Shown here piece by piece: positions 61,915 through 64,000 of a stretch of 64,000 bases of DNA; positions within the stretch are counted from its first letter, which is position 1, and each line of letters begins with the position of its first letter. Made by a program: the position numbers and the translations under genes. Source of the DNA: an uncultured Chloroflexia bacterium (lineage in GTDB: Bacteria > Chloroflexota > Limnocylindria > Limnocylindrales > CSP1-4). The notes beneath the pieces are model-generated. The model saw only the letters and a program-made list of their open reading frames with translations, made no database searches and was not told where the DNA came from. The DNA lies in assembly GCA_963755995.1 (NCBI GenBank), contig CAVWLQ010000003.1:836734-900733 (forward strand), given 5' to 3'.

Positions 61915-63272
61915 CTACCGCCGCTGGGTCTTTTCGGGCTGCTTGGGTGGCGCGAACAGCCATGTCTCGGGCACGCCCGAGCGCCCGAGGGCGCCGAGCG
62001 ACGTGCCATTGAGGGTGAAGGCGGTCACCCCGGACGAGCCGGTCCGGACCTCGATCGATCGGGTGCCGGTGAAGGTCAGGGTCTTGCCGTTGGAGATGAC
62101 CTGGCCGGCGGCGCCGATCTTCGGGTCGATCTTGCCGTCGACCCAGACCTTGATCCACGCCCGGCCGCCCTTGGCCGTGACCACCAGGGTCACGCCCTTG
62201 TAGGCCACCGTCACGTGGCGGGTCAGGGCGGCGGTCTTGCCCTCCGGGCTGGACGCGGTGACGGTGATCGTCCAGCGACCGGCCGTCAGCTCGTAGGGCG
62301 TGCTGAAGGCCCCATCGTCACCGACCGGCACGGTCACCTTCGCCGGTGTCGCGGGCGGCGTGCTCGGGCTGCCCGCTGGCCCGGACGGCCCGACCCAGGC
62401 CGCGCTGACCAGGACGGACGACGCATTGGTCGTCCGGCCGGCGACAGGGATCGCGCCGTTCTGGAAGGAGGCGCCCTCGGCGGGCTGGTCGAGCGTCAGC
62501 GTCGGCGCCTCGATGACCAGGAACGGGACGGTGATGAACAGGTGGAGCGTGTCCTCGGACTTCTTGCCCGTCTCCGGATCCAGCGCGCTCACGTCGAACT
62601 GGTTGCGACCGCGACGCAGGTCGACCTGGGCCGCCCACGCCCCGTCGGAGGTGGCAGTGACCTGGTACGGATCGCGGCCCGGGGTCGCGATCGAGACGGT
62701 GGCGCCCGGCAGGGTCATCCCCTCGAGCGTGTATCGCGTGGTCGACTCCTCGACGTCGACCACGGCCGTCGCGGGTTGCGTCACCGCGATCGTCGGCGGC
62801 TTCGCGAAGCGCAGGACCTGGACGCCGAGATAGACCCCGAAGGCCAGGATGACGATGGTCAGCAGGCGCGACCACGATCAGGCTCGGCGAGAACGTCAGG
62901 CCCTGTCGCGGGCGCAGCGATCGGCTTGGGCACGACGATGGCCGGCGGCGCCTCCTTGCCGTCGCCACGCTCCCGGCGCCACTGGACCAGGACCTCGTCC
63001 GGGTCGAGGCCGAGGTAGAGCGCGTAGTTGCGCAGGAAGCCCTTGGTGTAGACCGCGCCGGGCAGCTCCTTGTAGTCGCCGCGCTCGAGGGCGCCCAGGT
63101 AGCGTGCCCGGATCTTGGTGTCGCGTTCGGCCCGGTAGAGGTCCACGCCCTTGCGCTCGCGCGCGGCGTAGAGCCGTTCCGGCAGCGTCGGCGCAGGCTC
63201 CGCGGTGACCCCCCGGCCGGCGTCCGACCGGTCCACCCCGACCGCTCGCTTGAGCTGCTGCCGTGTCGTCAT
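61915..63272 (-). CDS. RodZ-like protein (XRE HTH, TM helix, C-terminal DUF4115); two apparent 1-nt insertions around the TM segment
   Basis: Frame a: MTTRQQ...LYRAERDTKIRARYLGALERGDYKELPGAVYTKGFLRNYALYLGLD...PKPIAAP. Frame b: RQGLTFSPSLIVVA. Frame c: LLTIVILAFGVYLGVQVLRFAKPPTIAVTQPAT...GRAWIKVWVDGK...EVRTGSSGVTAFTLNG. The shifts are at GGG 62910-62912 and GG 62865-62866. Span is 1358 nt (3n+2). Confidence 0.75.
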
Positions 63273-64000
63273 CCGTCGCCCCCGTCGAGGCCGTCGTCCG
63301 GAGTCCCGCGGGAGCTCGACGTGTCGTCACGGCGGAGCACCTGCCGGGCATTCGATCCGTCGAACGCCCCGATATAGCCCCGCGCCTCCAGCTGGTCGAT
63401 CATCCGGGCGGCCCGCGCATAGCCGACCTTCAGGCGTCTCTGGAGGAGCGACGCTGAGGCCCGATCGTACTCCCGAATCACCTCGATGGCATCAGGCAGG
63501 AGTCGGTCGGCGTCCTCGTCGGCGAGGTCGTCGACGGAGCCCGTGCCCTCCTCGCCGGTGTCGATGATCGCCATGTCGTAGTGCGGGTCCTCGATCTGGG
63601 CCTTCCAGTGGTCGACGACCCGGCCGATCTCGGCATCGGACACGAACACGCCCTGGAGGCGCATCGGGCGGGGCAGGTCGGACGGCTGGTAGAGCATGTC
63701 GCCGCGGCCGATGAGGTCCTCCGCGCCGGGCGCGTCGAGGATCGTCCGTGAATCGATCTGGGACGCCATCGCGAACGCGATCCGGCTCGGGAAGTTGGCC
63801 TTGATCAGGCCGGTCACCACGTTGACCGAGGGCCGCTGGGTCGCCAGGACCATGTGGATGCCGGTCGCGCGGGCCTTCTGGGCCAGCCGGACGATCGGAT
63901 CCTCGACGTTCTTGCCCTCGCGCATCATCAGGTCGGCCAGCTCGTCGATGACGATGACGATGTACGGCATCCGGTCGTCGGGGTCGACCCGGGTCTCGTT
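63269..64000 (-). CDS. ftsK: DNA translocase FtsK/SpoIIIE, C-terminal part (5' end outside the window)
   Basis: The protein contains YIVIVIDELADLMM (Walker B), GIHMVLATQRPSVNVVTGLIKANFPSRIAF, and the C-terminal gamma domain SASLLQRRLKVGYARAARMIDQLEARG. ATGA overlap with the rodZ-like start. Confidence 0.9.
   Translation of the reverse strand, partial: NETRVDPDDRMPYIVIVIDELADLMMREGKNVEDPIVRLAQKARATGIHMVLATQRPSVNVVTGLIKANFPSRIAFAMASQIDSRTILDAPGAEDLIGRGDMLYQPSDLPRPMRLQGVFVSDAEIGRVVDHWKAQIEDPHYDMAIIDTGEEGTGSVDDLADEDADRLLPDAIEVIREYDRASASLLQRRLKVGYARAARMIDQLEARGYIGAFDGSNARQVLRRDDTSSSRGTPDDGLDGGDG

Noticed and set aside
8445-63272. Programmed ribosomal frameshifting as an explanation for the broken genes.
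   Set aside because: There are no slippery heptamers and no conserved stimulatory structures, and the eight events affect unrelated genes, including one gene hit twice. All are one extra base, mostly in short G/C runs, which fits sequencing error or random mutation far better than recoding.
1-64000. Mobile genetic elements, prophage, genomic-island boundaries, rRNA and tRNA genes.
   Set aside because: No transposase, integrase, recombinase, phage structural or tRNA-like sequence was recognised. No flanking direct repeats or sharp compositional breaks were seen beyond a few short AT-rich promoter islands.

Overview
The window is a very GC-rich bacterial chromosomal segment; third codon positions are almost always G or C. 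It is densely packed with about 75 protein-coding genes, many joined by 4-nt ATGA or GTGA overlaps. I recognised no rRNA, tRNA, CRISPR array, transposase, integrase or phage module.

The gene content looks Actinomycetota-like, possibly Chloroflexota-like. Evidence for this is three F420-type oxidoreductases, leaderless-type promoters, an ECF42-like sigma factor with YCII/DGPF partners, and Pro/Thr-rich linkers.

Main blocks:
- A LigD phosphoesterase fragment followed by a cAMP module (cNMP-binding protein, cyclase-fold hydrolase, membrane class III adenylate cyclase).
- Three paralogous ArsR-SRPBCC/AHSA1 bicistrons, each preceded by an AT-rich palindrome.
- Two ABC-2 exporter operons, one with a TetR regulator and an operator palindrome.
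- A GH13 glucan enzyme.
- An orphan zinc-ribbon/TM/PASTA protein.
- A 1018-aa LAL-type LuxR regulator flanked by secreted enzymes.
- A YCII-YCII-ECF42 sigma operon.
- A DRG-like GTPase, a GH25 lysozyme and a serine hydrolase.
- A triple-rhodanese gene preceded by a structured leader that ends in a canonical U-tract terminator.
- An AlkZ/YcaQ-like glycosylase, a blue-copper protein and a pirin.
- A long minus-strand string: ftsK-rodZ-pncC-murC/mpl-NTF2-yajQ-TPP enzyme-DUF952.

Points most worth a second look:
- The riboswitch- or attenuator-like leader upstream of the rhodanese gene.
- The orphan PASTA protein.
- Several perfect palindromes and repeats in the few non-coding gaps.
- Two true gene relics: an ECF42 sigma C-terminal remnant and a 98-bp VOC relic.
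- Eight single-nucleotide insertions, mostly in short G/C runs, that break otherwise intact genes including murC and rodZ. These look more like sequence errors than biology.
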